Made by a program: the position numbers and the translations under genes
Assembly: GCA_964583985.1 (NCBI GenBank)
Contig: CAZOYD010000002.1
Location: 1 to 64,000 of the forward strand
From: an uncultured archaeon
GTDB taxonomy: Archaea > Asgardarchaeota > Lokiarchaeia > Sigyniarchaeales > SOKP01
Direction of reading: 5' to 3'
Length of the DNA stretch: 64,000 nucleotides
Part shown: in pieces, positions 29,847 through 39,951 of the stretch
Numbering within the stretch: position 1 is the first letter of the stretch
Layout of the letters: every line of letters begins with the position of its first letter
Notes under the pieces: generated by a model
What the model was told of the DNA's origin: nothing
What the model saw: the letters and a program-made list of their open reading frames with translations, nothing else
Database searches by the model: none

Positions 29847-30935
29847 TTATTCGTAATATTTTTCAAAGAGGTCTAATTCGTCTGAAATCTCTTTCAGTTT
29901 CTTGAGTTCTTCTTCAGTTGGAATCTCTTCGTTATAAATATCATACAGTTTCAAGCCTAGACTTTTTCGTACCTTTTGTTCAAGCTTATTAATTTTTTGC
30001 TTAGTTGCTAAAAATTTTATTGCTTTGAATTTGAGTTTAGTCAGTGGTTTTTCCCATTCTTTAGTGAATGTTCCATTTTGAATATCTTCTAACACTTTTT
30101 TCATAATTGGTTTCAGAGGAATGTTGCGATATCTTATTCCCCTGCTCATGGCACCATATTGGCTGGTTTGTGAATGATAGTCTACTTGTTTTATTAATCC
30201 AATTTCTGCCATTTTCTTGTATGTATATGACATTTCATTGCTCATGTATAACTCTACTAAGACCGCTTCAGGTGGATAACCCGCATCAATTAAAGTATAG
30301 ATCGCTGAAAGTAAAACTCGCCCAAAAGCAGGACCAAATCCTTGCTCATTAAATAAGTCCAATTCAGCTTCTTGTTTAAAGGTGACTTGAATTGCACCCT
30401 TTTTTAACGTACCTATACCGTTCGCTAAAGCTAATAATATTTCCAATGCTTTCCCGGTGAAATTTCTTTCCACGCTAATAAAGCTAAAGAATCCTTGATT
30501 GTTGAGATAGCTTTCTCTAACTCCTATGCCAATCATTCTAGGAGCTAACAATAAAACATCGATATATTCAGGTGGCTCAATTAATTTAAATCCGATAGTA
30601 TATCCCGACGCAAAAACTAATGCATTACCTGGTTTTAGAACGGTATTTATATTAGAATTAAATACTTCTTTCATTATTTCATCAGGAATTAGAAGGAATG
30701 AAATATCTGCTAATTTTACAGCTTCTTGAATCGAATATATAGAGAATCCATCTTTAATAGCAATTTCTTTATATTTATCCTCACGATTTCCAATTATAAC
30801 TTCTAATCCAGAATCTCTTAAGTTTAATGCTTGAGCACGACCTTGATTTCCATAACCTATGATTGCAATGGTTTTATCTTGTAATACTTCTAAATTTGAA
30901 TCTTTTTCGTGAAATATTTTAGACATTAAGATCAT
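29847..30935 (-). CDS. ilvC: Ketol-acid reductoisomerase
   Basis: IAIIGYGNQGRAQALNLRDSG, LIPDE, APR, EAELDLFNEQ, SQTSQYG. Confidence 0.93.
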   Translation of the reverse strand: MILMSKIFHEKDSNLEVLQDKTIAIIGYGNQGRAQALNLRDSGLEVIIGNREDKYKEIAIKDGFSIYSIQEAVKLADISFLLIPDEIMKEVFNSNINTVLKPGNALVFASGYTIGFKLIEPPEYIDVLLLAPRMIGIGVRESYLNNQGFFSFISVERNFTGKALEILLALANGIGTLKKGAIQVTFKQEAELDLFNEQGFGPAFGRVLLSAIYTLIDAGYPPEAVLVELYMSNEMSYTYKKMAEIGLIKQVDYHSQTSQYGAMSRGIRYRNIPLKPIMKKVLEDIQNGTFTKEWEKPLTKLKFKAIKFLATKQKINKLEQKVRKSLGLKLYDIYNEEIPTEEELKKLKEISDELDLFEKYYE

Positions 30936-30996
30936 CTTCTTGCTTTTAATAATAGCTTTTTAGGATATAAATAGAAAATTAGCCATTCCTATAATA

Positions 30997-31581
30997 CTAT
31001 TTTTTGAGAATTTTTTCATATTCAAACTCGTTCTTCTTTAGGATGGTTTCAGCCATTTTTGAAAACACGGTATGGATGTTAATGCCATCTTTAGAAGAGG
31101 TTTTATAATATGGAATCGAATCATGCTTCATTCTGAAATTTTCTATAACTAATTCATCTACAGTTTCAGGGTCCTGTATTAAATCGCTTTTAGTACCCAA
31201 CAAGATTTTAGGTATTGTTTTAGGTAGTAATTTTGATAGATGATCGTTCCACCAATTCAGCCCCAAAAGTGAGTTGTTTAAATTATATAGGCTAAAAACG
31301 AGGAAAACCCCATTAGCGCCATGAATGTAATAACTGAACATCTTTTTGAATTGTTCTTGTCCTCCAAAGTCCCAAATTGAGAGTCGTACAAACGATTCTT
31401 CATCATTGATGATTATTGGAAGGTCATGTGTATAGAAATCAATACCTATCGTTAATTTTGTATTAGCATCAAACGTATCTAAGCACAATCTTCTCGCAAT
31501 ACACGTTTTTCCCACTCCTCCATTCCCAATTAAACAAATCTTGAAAATATAGGTGGGTTTAGCATCCTCATTAAACATCAA
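30997..31581 (-). CDS. Rab-like small GTPase
   Basis: GNGGVGKT, TIGIDF, WDFGGQEQF, TKSD, TSSK. Confidence 0.93.
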   Translation of the reverse strand: MMFNEDAKPTYIFKICLIGNGGVGKTCIARRLCLDTFDANTKLTIGIDFYTHDLPIIINDEESFVRLSIWDFGGQEQFKKMFSYYIHGANGVFLVFSLYNLNNSLLGLNWWNDHLSKLLPKTIPKILLGTKSDLIQDPETVDELVIENFRMKHDSIPYYKTSSKDGINIHTVFSKMAETILKKNEFEYEKILKK

Positions 31582-32157
31582 GTTCTTTTCTCTTTATATT
31601 AATTTTAATTCACATATACCTATGTAAGAATAATCGATATTGTTAATTTTAAATCTTTAGAAATATAAAAAAAAGATAGTTTTTAACTAAAACCTCTTTT
31701 TTTTTAATGATCTTTTTGGCTTTTTAGTATAGTCTTGAAATATGTTTCAGCTTAAATTTTATTATACTCTTTTTAGCTTTTGATTAATTGATTTAGAATT
31801 ATTACTCTTAATTCAATTTAGTATCTCCCAAATATAAAAAAGTTTTATCTCAGATATTGATATACGATAAATGGCTACAATATTCATCAAGAACATCATA
31901 TAATAAGCAAATGGATCAGATCAACATGCTTATTTGAACTCAGTTTTTGATCAAATTTACTGATCCGAAATTACTACTAAAAAAATTGTTTCAAATCACA
32001 TGTGATTTTTTTTGTCGAACAGATCTCATCCATCTTATTTCTCAGATTCACATGCATCAACCAACACATTTATATATGAGTAATACCAATTTAATTGTGA
32101 TTAACACTATAAATATTTAAAAAACATTTAAAAAACAATTGTGGAGGAAAAAAAATT

Positions 32158-32364
32158 ATGGCAGCTTTTGCATGGTCTCCTCTTCGCTCACTTATGAAAA
32201 AAGCAGGTGCTGAAATCGTAAGTCGCGCAGCAGTAGACAAATTGATGGATTATCTTGAGGAATACGCAAAGGAATTAACAGGTTGCGCCCTCGATATCGC
32301 TAAGCACAGCGGTAGAAAGAAGGTAACACAAGATGATATGAAAATCGCTATTGGATTAATCTAA
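32158..32364 (+). CDS. Archaeal histone (tail-less, HMf-like)
   Basis: PLRSLMKKAGAEIVS...AKHSGRKKVTQDD; upstream GGAGG. Confidence 0.93.
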   Translation: MAAFAWSPLRSLMKKAGAEIVSRAAVDKLMDYLEEYAKELTGCALDIAKHSGRKKVTQDDMKIAIGLI

Positions 32365-32461
32365 AATTAAGATTTGATTAATTTAAGCAATTTTATTGTC
32401 AACTTCTTTCTGAAAATAAATTCTTTTTTTTTTATTTATTTCTTATTAGTATGAGAGAATT

Positions 32462-33871
32462 TTAGTTTAAACGCATTTTGAGATATTCTTGATACGTACA
32501 CAATTTATCTAAGGATTTGGCTAAAGCTTCAATTGATTCATATACGGGAATTTTCAGTTTGAACATTTCTTTCTTGAATTGTAATCTGTCGGAATAATAA
32601 TTAATATCGTCAGTGATCCTGTACGCAATGCAAATAAACGGTTTTTTCATCTCGTAATATGCTTTTTTCACATATTTAAGAATGATGTCATCAAAATTTA
32701 TAACCCAGCCAAAAACAATAGCCGAGATATTAGGATCTCTATCTAATGCTATGAGAGATTTGTAAAAAACTTCGGGATTAATTCCGCTGCTTCCAAGATC
32801 CAACGGATTACGAACTATGGTATTCACATCAGGAAGAAATTTGAGAATATTTTCTCGTGTTTCGGGCAATAATCTTGGAATTGATAGGTTATATTGCTCA
32901 AGTATATCAGTTATTTGTATTGATGCTCCGCCTCCAATGCTTAACACGCCGATCTTTCGATCAATGGATAAATTTAGGAGATAATGAAATGTCATTGCCA
33001 AGTTTTGAAATTCTTCGGCATTTTTCACGAGTATTGCTCCAGATTGATGAGCTAAACCTTCCCATATTGCTTGAGATCCTGCTAATCCTCCTGTATGAGA
33101 AATAATTGCTTCTTTTGAAGATTCACCCGATCCGACTTTCCAAATAATGACGGGTTTGTGCTTGAGAGCTAATTTTTTTAGGATTTGCCTAAAATTTCGT
33201 CCAATCTCCTTATTTTTTAAATTTTCGATATAGAGTCCCACCACATCTGTTTCATTATCAAGTAAAAAATATTCAAGAAAATCTACGAAATTTAAATCAA
33301 TTTGGTTTCCTATAGATATGGCTTTACTTATGCTATTACCGTAAATAGAAGAAGCCATTGAAGACATTTGGATTGCCAATCCACCTGATTGAAGAATCAT
33401 GCCAAAATTACCTGAATTCGCGTTCAATCTCGATGAAAACGAAATTTTATTTATAGGCGCATAAATCCCAACACAATTAGGACCGAGGATTCTGATTCCA
33501 TACTTTTTTGCAATTAGTAATAGATCTGATTCCAAAGACTTCATACCAACTTCGGAGAACCCGGAAGTGAATATTGTTACAAACGGAACCTTTCTCATTC
33601 CGACTTCCTCTAATATAGCAGGGCAGAGCTTGGCAGGAACTGCAATGATAACATAATCTATTGATTCTTCCATTGGAACATCCAAAATAGAGCCATAAAC
33701 CTGGAGACCTTTAATTATTTGACCCTTCAAGCGAGGATTAAAGATGTAAATAGGTTTATCAAAAGGCATTCCTTGAAGAGCTCGAAGGAAAAAGCCTCCT
33801 CCGTAAGGTTTATCACTAACCCCGATTATCCCTATAGCCCGGGGATTAAATAAGCGATTCAAGTCAAGCAT
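32462..33871 (-). CDS. Acyl-CoA synthetase (ADP-forming) alpha-subunit-like CoA-binding protein
   Basis: LFNPRAIGIIG, SGFSE, LGPNCVG, QSGG, SIGNQID, SHTGGLAG, NPLDL. Confidence 0.9.
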   Translation of the reverse strand: MLDLNRLFNPRAIGIIGVSDKPYGGGFFLRALQGMPFDKPIYIFNPRLKGQIIKGLQVYGSILDVPMEESIDYVIIAVPAKLCPAILEEVGMRKVPFVTIFTSGFSEVGMKSLESDLLLIAKKYGIRILGPNCVGIYAPINKISFSSRLNANSGNFGMILQSGGLAIQMSSMASSIYGNSISKAISIGNQIDLNFVDFLEYFLLDNETDVVGLYIENLKNKEIGRNFRQILKKLALKHKPVIIWKVGSGESSKEAIISHTGGLAGSQAIWEGLAHQSGAILVKNAEEFQNLAMTFHYLLNLSIDRKIGVLSIGGGASIQITDILEQYNLSIPRLLPETRENILKFLPDVNTIVRNPLDLGSSGINPEVFYKSLIALDRDPNISAIVFGWVINFDDIILKYVKKAYYEMKKPFICIAYRITDDINYYSDRLQFKKEMFKLKIPVYESIEALAKSLDKLCTYQEYLKMRLN

Positions 33872-34002
33872 GATATCTCATTTTGCTTAAAATTTTCAAG
33901 TTTTAATAATGATAATTTATTGAGCAATTAAAAGCCTATTAATGAAGCTTTTAAATTAAAAATCAACCTTGATCATTGGTTTTTAAATCATGGAATGAAG
34001 GA

Positions 34003-34536
34003 TTAATCGTCAATAGGATATTTCTCAAAAAGAATATCAGTCATGACCTCGAAAGCTTTCTCCACGTTTTGGCCGGTTTTAGAAGATAATTCAATAAATG
34101 AGGTCAAACTAAAGGTTTTGGCAGCTTGGATTCCTTCCTCCCTTGTCACGACACGATATTCCTCTAAATCAACTTTAGATCCTACTAGCATTATTGGTAT
34201 GTCTCCAGCATGTTCTCTAACGAGTTGAGTCCAAGCTGGAAGATGCTCTAGTGTTCTGGCATTTGTTATATCATATAAAAAAAATGCGGCATTTGCCCCT
34301 TTACAATATTGAGAAAGCAAGAATCGAAATCTTTCTTCACCTCCAAAGTCCCAGATTTGGAGTTTTACCCTATGCTTGTTGTGAAAAAGAATGTTTTTTG
34401 AATAAAAGTCGACTCCGATTGTTAGTTTCAGATCGCGAAGAAAATATCCAGAGATGAATCTTATTGTAAGTGAAGTCTTCCCAACGGAAGCATCTCCAAG
34501 CATCATTACTTTAAAAGTATAATCGAAATCCGTCAA
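34003..34536 (-). CDS. Rab-like small GTPase
   Basis: GDASVGKT, TIGVDF, KLQIWDFGGEERFR, SKVD, LSSKTGQNV. Confidence 0.94.
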   Translation of the reverse strand: MTDFDYTFKVMMLGDASVGKTSLTIRFISGYFLRDLKLTIGVDFYSKNILFHNKHRVKLQIWDFGGEERFRFLLSQYCKGANAAFFLYDITNARTLEHLPAWTQLVREHAGDIPIMLVGSKVDLEEYRVVTREEGIQAAKTFSLTSFIELSSKTGQNVEKAFEVMTDILFEKYPIDD

Positions 34537-34700
34537 TATTCTTAACCTAAATTAAAAAGTGCTTTCCTTATTATTTAACATGCTTTTCAAGGGGAGAGTG
34601 ACTGATAATTTTCTTAATGATTCTTTTATTATTTGAACTGATTAATGAATAAAAATTATATCTATTATTATTTAATCTTTCTTCTTAAAAAATCATGCTA

Positions 34701-35354
34701 TTAAAAGATTAAAACTAAGATATTAAAGAGGGAATGTGCAATCATGTTTGGTAGGAGTGATTCGTTATTTATTCGATAAAGTACACCAAATAACATTCCA
34801 AATGTGAAATAATATCCAAAAAATGTGATTATTGTAGATATGGGAACCAATATCGGGGGAACATGATAAATTGTGAAACAAAGGGACGAAATAATCAATG
34901 CTAAGGGATAATTTAACTTCATGTTAATTTTTTTTAAAATGAAACCTCGAAAAAATCCTTCTTCACATGGACCTATTATAAATACTTGAAGAACAATTAT
35001 GATAATAAGTTCAATAGACTGAGGATTTTGGGGCTCAACATTAATGGCATTGTTGATCGCATTCTCAACAAAGACAGGATCCAGCACATTTTTAACTATA
35101 AAATCTACAAAAAAAACGAAAATCCATCCTCCGATAAAATAAAAAAAAACACCAATTAAAAAACCCTGAAAAATTAAATAGAGAACTCTTTTAATATTTA
35201 AATTCGATATATCAAAGCCCATATCTACCAATTCTTGTTTAAATGATTTCTTTTCTACGTAGGCTGCTATTAAGCTTGGAATAATTAATAAAAGAATTTC
35301 CAAACTCATAAAGAAAATCAAGATAATTGGATTTGCTCCTAAATTGATTGACAT
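34701..35354 (-). CDS. CPBP family intramembrane protease (CAAX protease II-like)
   Basis: EEGFFR, FTIYH, AHSLFN motifs intact. Confidence 0.9.
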   Translation of the reverse strand: MSINLGANPIILIFFMSLEILLLIIPSLIAAYVEKKSFKQELVDMGFDISNLNIKRVLYLIFQGFLIGVFFYFIGGWIFVFFVDFIVKNVLDPVFVENAINNAINVEPQNPQSIELIIIIVLQVFIIGPCEEGFFRGFILKKINMKLNYPLALIISSLCFTIYHVPPILVPISTIITFFGYYFTFGMLFGVLYRINNESLLPNMIAHSLFNILVLIF

Positions 35355-35422
35355 TGTTAAAGTAATAATAGATTATTTCCATTTTATAAATTATAAAACT
35401 AAATCTCTCATCATTATTATTA

Positions 35423-36724
35423 TTGTCTTGTAATTATTCATTCATAATGACGATAAAGAACACATTCACTCTTTTTGATCAGAATGAAGTTGAGAACTTA
35501 AATTTTGATCATTTATTAAATCAAAATGGATTAACAAAAGAACAGCTACTCTTTAAAAACCTGAAAGAAATCGCATATGATTATGTGAAAATTGAGGAAA
35601 CTAAAAAAGATTTCATGAGGTTAATCCAAAAAAATAGAAAAACTCTTGATTTTTCTCAATTTATAGAAGATCCTTATTTTGATATAAAAGAGAACTTTTT
35701 ATCGCGTGAAATGGTTCATGCAAACATTCGGGGTTTGAATGTGGCTAGTGTTGATGGTAGTTCTGTTGTTAAACATTTTATGAATGCTGATTTCTCATTT
35801 CTGAAGGCAATTTGTGTTAAATATTATTTTTATAAAAACCAATGCTCTAAAATTGAATATTTTCCAGATATGAGTGGATTTAATAATTATTTAGTTCAAG
35901 GGAATTTTATTAACGTGGAAGAAAATAATGTCAACGCTCAGATCTCAATGGATATGAACTTTATGGAGATTAAACTCCTCAATGATTTGATCGAGAGGAG
36001 TGATAATTTAGATCTTATTATTTTAGATGGTTCAATAGTTCCAATGCCTATAAATCTCATCTTTGGAAGAGATGACGATATTTCACATAAATACGATAAA
36101 CTCCTAAGAGAGTATGGCCAGTTATACACAAATTGTAAGGATAAAGATATCGTGTTAATCGGTTCAATCAAAGATACCAGAACATCATCATTAATTCATT
36201 CATTGCGTAGTGGTATTCAATTATTAAAACCAAATAAGTCTAAATTAAGTGATTTCACGAAGGTAAATTATCGCCAAGTAATTACTTATTTCTCAGACTT
36301 AGATTTTTTTACACGATTATTAAATAAATCGGAGAGATCCTGTATATTTAATTGCAAGAAAGATATGGAGAAAATACGTGAATCAGGAATTAAAAAGGAA
36401 ATTCCGAATTATTTCCCTTATAATTTCTTTGCTTTTTATCTAAAAACGGTAGAATGTGACACGCCATGCCGAATCGAATTTTTCACCAATGATGATGATA
36501 CAATACATGAGGCTTCTGAAAGAGCAGATTTAATTAGTTCTATAGTATTACCAATATCAAGTTACAATGAAAATTACGGTTTACCAATACCACAGATTGA
36601 AGCTCATAGAAGAGCCGTGTTCAAACCATCAGAAATAGACCTTTTATTTAATAACTTAACGAGAAATCTTAGTATAAATGGGATAACTTTGCTTGAAAAA
36701 AGGAGGGCAAGAAGACCTTTTTAA
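35423..36724 (+). CDS. nurA: NurA family nuclease (likely start ATG 35447)
   Basis: SVDGS, MEIK, ILDGS, IGSIK, YGLPIPQIEAHRRA. Confidence 0.85.
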   Translation: MSCNYSFIMTIKNTFTLFDQNEVENLNFDHLLNQNGLTKEQLLFKNLKEIAYDYVKIEETKKDFMRLIQKNRKTLDFSQFIEDPYFDIKENFLSREMVHANIRGLNVASVDGSSVVKHFMNADFSFLKAICVKYYFYKNQCSKIEYFPDMSGFNNYLVQGNFINVEENNVNAQISMDMNFMEIKLLNDLIERSDNLDLIILDGSIVPMPINLIFGRDDDISHKYDKLLREYGQLYTNCKDKDIVLIGSIKDTRTSSLIHSLRSGIQLLKPNKSKLSDFTKVNYRQVITYFSDLDFFTRLLNKSERSCIFNCKKDMEKIRESGIKKEIPNYFPYNFFAFYLKTVECDTPCRIEFFTNDDDTIHEASERADLISSIVLPISSYNENYGLPIPQIEAHRRAVFKPSEIDLLFNNLTRNLSINGITLLEKRRARRPF

Positions 36725-36725
36725 T

Positions 36726-37415
36726 TCAATCTAGAACCACCGCACGATTTAGAAAAATGTCTTCAAAAAAGATATGTTGTTTTGCTAAAACTTTATTTTT
36801 AAATCCTTTTTCTTTAATAAATTTATATAACTCATTTAAATTTGTTTTTGATGAACAGACATAATAAACATGACATTTTTTTTGAAGATTTAGATACATT
36901 TTTACTTGTGAGAAAAAATTAAAAAGTATTTTCAACCCATCGATCCCCCCATCCCAGGAATGATCAATACTTTTTTTTTCATTTCTTTCAATTGAAGGCA
37001 AGTAAGGAGGGTTGAAGATAATGATATCAAATGAGTTTTTTAAATGATTAGGAAAGTTTTCAAATAAATCAGAATGAATATATTTTATTTTGTTTTCAAT
37101 ATTATTTCTTTTTTCATTCATTTGAGCACATTTTATTGCATTTAGTAAAATATCTGAAGCATATACTTGAGATTGAAATATACCTAACTGTTCTAAATAA
37201 ATCGCTACAATTCCTGTTCCTGTTCCTAAATCTAAAATGGTTTTTATATCTTTAATGGGAATTTCATCAAAAAATTCTTGAGAAATATTATTTCTTATAA
37301 AATCTAAGATTAAAAAGGAGTCATCTGATGGAGAATAGACATTCTCAAAAGGATTATGAATGATAGGGTCAGGGATCATTTCTTTCATAATCATCAGATC
37401 AATTTTTAAATTCAT
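36726..37415 (-). CDS. HemK2/Mtq2-type release factor glutamine methyltransferase
   Basis: VYSPSDDSFL, LDLGTGTG, FNPPYLP, WDGGIDG. Confidence 0.9.
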   Translation of the reverse strand: MNLKIDLMIMKEMIPDPIIHNPFENVYSPSDDSFLILDFIRNNISQEFFDEIPIKDIKTILDLGTGTGIVAIYLEQLGIFQSQVYASDILLNAIKCAQMNEKRNNIENKIKYIHSDLFENFPNHLKNSFDIIIFNPPYLPSIERNEKKSIDHSWDGGIDGLKILFNFFSQVKMYLNLQKKCHVYYVCSSKTNLNELYKFIKEKGFKNKVLAKQHIFFEDIFLNRAVVLD

Positions 37416-38256
37416 AGAGAAGTTGGCAAGTTAATATTAATTCATTTATTTCCTTTTGAAAGACCTTTTCATCTGAAATCGAATTAGATATAAGAAAATT
37501 TGGAATATCTAAATCATTGAAATTAAGGGGTCTTTTATTTTTAAGATATAATTCCAACGAATTAGAGAATATTTTATTCTTATAGGGAGTGATACCAGCG
37601 ATAAATTCAATGAAAAATTTCCGATTCTTTGGCTCTTTGAGAAAAGGATTCAAAATCATTTTTGGTTTGACTTTTATAAGGGCTAGATCAATAGATGGAA
37701 TTGGATAAAAGCATTTTCTTGAGATCTCATATTTACTCACGAGATCCATAAATGCATTAAAAGTTACTCCTATCCGTGAGAAATTTTTGTATTTTTTAAT
37801 ATCTAAAATCCTCTTCGAGAGAGAATTCTCAATAATCATTATCCCAAGTGGAGAATTTTCTTTATAAAAGAATTTTTCGAGTATTGGTCCTGTAGTAGAA
37901 TAAGGAATATTTGAAACTATTTTATCATGAAATGGTATATCAGATTTTAAAGCATCAGCATTGATTATTTCAACATTTTTTGAAATAGAAAATTTATCCG
38001 TGAGGTATTGATAGAGTTTTTTGTCAATCTCATATGCATATACTTTTCTTGCTTTATTCCCCAGCTCTGCAGTTAGAGCTCCCAATCCAGCACCAATTTC
38101 TAAGATGGTATCCTCCTTAGAGATTTCAGCCTCATTTATCATTTTAAAGAGTATATTTCTATCCACCAAAAAATTTTGTCCGAGACTCTTATTCGGAAAA
38201 ACTCCAATTTTATCTAAAATAAGGCGAGTCTCTGTAAGATTCATTTTTTCATTCAT
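37399..38256 (-). CDS. rsmA: 16S rRNA adenine dimethyltransferase (RsmA/KsgA/Dim1)
   Basis: LGQNFL, EIGAGLGALT, YEID, SNIPY. Confidence 0.94.
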   Translation of the reverse strand: MNEKMNLTETRLILDKIGVFPNKSLGQNFLVDRNILFKMINEAEISKEDTILEIGAGLGALTAELGNKARKVYAYEIDKKLYQYLTDKFSISKNVEIINADALKSDIPFHDKIVSNIPYSTTGPILEKFFYKENSPLGIMIIENSLSKRILDIKKYKNFSRIGVTFNAFMDLVSKYEISRKCFYPIPSIDLALIKVKPKMILNPFLKEPKNRKFFIEFIAGITPYKNKIFSNSLELYLKNKRPLNFNDLDIPNFLISNSISDEKVFQKEINELILTCQLLYEFKN

Positions 38257-38899
38257 ATTTTTGGGTCTTGGAAAATATGTAATATTTTACTCCTTCTCTT
38301 TGAAGTTCTTTAATAATTCTCTGAGCAATTAATTTTGATGGATTCGAAATGCTAGTGCGATCAGATATATCTTGAAATGTTGTGAACTTTTGCCTATTTC
38401 TGGCATTGAGGATCTCCCACATATGCTTTTGTCCTACGCCAGGTAATAATTTTAATGCATGCATCCGTGGAGTGATGGATGTTGAGTTATTAAAGAAATT
38501 AATGAATTGCTCTTCAAAATTCATTACTTCTTGTTCAAGAATCGGCTGAAGAAGTGCTTTTGAGGTGTTTGTTAAGTCCTTATAATCAATCTTTTTAATA
38601 ACATCTCGAAGTTTATTTTGTCTCACGAATTCTTCATAAGTAGCCTTTTCTTGAACTCGTATATCGGAATCTCTATTCATTTTTACTTCATATAAAACAA
38701 AATCAGGAAATGTAATAACTTGCGCTATTGGTGTTTTTGACCAACTAGGTTTATCTTCTTCGGGATGTCCATGGAGAAGTAGGTCTATTATGATAAGCTC
38801 TCTATGTTTCTTTATAAATTGCTTTTTTTTCTCTTGTTCTTTTCCTCGATAATTGGATCTTCGAGGTTCTCGTCTGGATCGATCTCGAGGCCTTTCCAT
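38249..38899 (-). CDS. DUF655 family predicted RNA-binding protein
   Basis: PIAQ, FINFFN...ITPRMHALKLLPGVG, RIIKEL; usual position between rpo4 and rsmA. Confidence 0.88.
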   Translation of the reverse strand: MERPRDRSRREPRRSNYRGKEQEKKKQFIKKHRELIIIDLLLHGHPEEDKPSWSKTPIAQVITFPDFVLYEVKMNRDSDIRVQEKATYEEFVRQNKLRDVIKKIDYKDLTNTSKALLQPILEQEVMNFEEQFINFFNNSTSITPRMHALKLLPGVGQKHMWEILNARNRQKFTTFQDISDRTSISNPSKLIAQRIIKELQREGVKYYIFSKTQKYE

Positions 38900-39073
38900 A
38901 AGCTACACCAATTTTCTTGTATTTTATTTTCCAAAGATCCATAATAATTTTTTTTTTTAATATTCCTTAATATGGAAGGATTACTATCCTAAAAAGGACA
39001 TCTCACTAAATTTAATTACAACATATATTTTAAATTCTTCGGCTAGGGAATATCTTTAAAATCGTACCTAAAC

Positions 39074-39439
39074 TTAAGTAGATATAAGTTCTTCCATTTG
39101 ATAAAGGAGATCTTGCAGATCATTTTCATTTAGAGCTTTTCCAGCAATAGATTTTTCTAAAATCATTCTCAATTCTGGGACCGTTCGAGGATAAATGTTA
39201 ACGATATTTATTGCATATATTTCTTCAATGCCGTATTTATCCATTAAGAATTTTTGAAGTTTGGCTCCGTCTTTCTCACTCATTTTAGCAAATTTATTCG
39301 CATAATTATAGGTAATTTCTTGAAAGTGAGAAATTCCTTCTTCAGTGTCAATTTTTTCAATCTTCTCCTTAACGTCTTCCATAATTTTTTTAACTTCTGG
39401 AATCGAAACAACTCTTTCTTTTATTTTACGACCTGACAT
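39074..39439 (-). CDS. rpo4: RNA polymerase subunit Rpo4 (F)
   Basis: VSIPEVK, Q..TYNYA.KF, IVNIYPRTVPELR; follows L21e. Confidence 0.9.
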   Translation of the reverse strand: MSGRKIKERVVSIPEVKKIMEDVKEKIEKIDTEEGISHFQEITYNYANKFAKMSEKDGAKLQKFLMDKYGIEEIYAINIVNIYPRTVPELRMILEKSIAGKALNENDLQDLLYQMEELIST

Positions 39440-39463
39440 GAGTAATATTGTATTTATTGAATT

Positions 39464-39772
39464 TTAATTTTTTATTGCAGATTTGCTTAACCTAAGATGC
39501 TCTCTCCCAACAATTAGCAATTTTTTTGAATTTCCTAAACTCACTTGAACCTCAAAACATCTTCCCCTAAATCCTTTAATTGTTCCGGTTAACCCATGGT
39601 ATCTACGATGAGGCATCCCATGTTTGTGTTGAGAGGGATCTGTAATAATATCAACTTTGTCATTGATATTAAATTCTAATAAATATTTCTCCACAGAACC
39701 GATACCTTTATCTCTTACGTGCTTTCTATGTCGATTACGACACTTATTTCTATACCCTTTGTGTAAGACCAT
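39464..39772 (-). CDS. rpl21e: 50S ribosomal protein L21e
   Basis: KGYR..CR, GMPHRRYHGLTG, EHLR. Confidence 0.95.
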   Translation of the reverse strand: MVLHKGYRNKCRNRHRKHVRDKGIGSVEKYLLEFNINDKVDIITDPSQHKHGMPHRRYHGLTGTIKGFRGRCFEVQVSLGNSKKLLIVGREHLRLSKSAIKN

Positions 39773-39951
39773 TTTTTCCCACCGTACTATAAGCGATTCA
39801 TCAATTTTAGGTCAATAGGAAGGAAAAACCAAACTATTTACCATCTATGCTTTCTAATGAATCGAATTCAGTTATGAGTTTCATAAATGTAATAATTTAG
39901 TTAGTATATGTATGATAGTTTATTTATTTTGTTATTTTAGAAGGATCAATT

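Noticed and set aside
39773-39951. Possible SRP RNA or leader RNA upstream of L21e (cgattcat...atgaatcg)
   Set aside because: The region is too short and AT-rich for archaeal SRP RNA, and only one 8-bp stem is visible.
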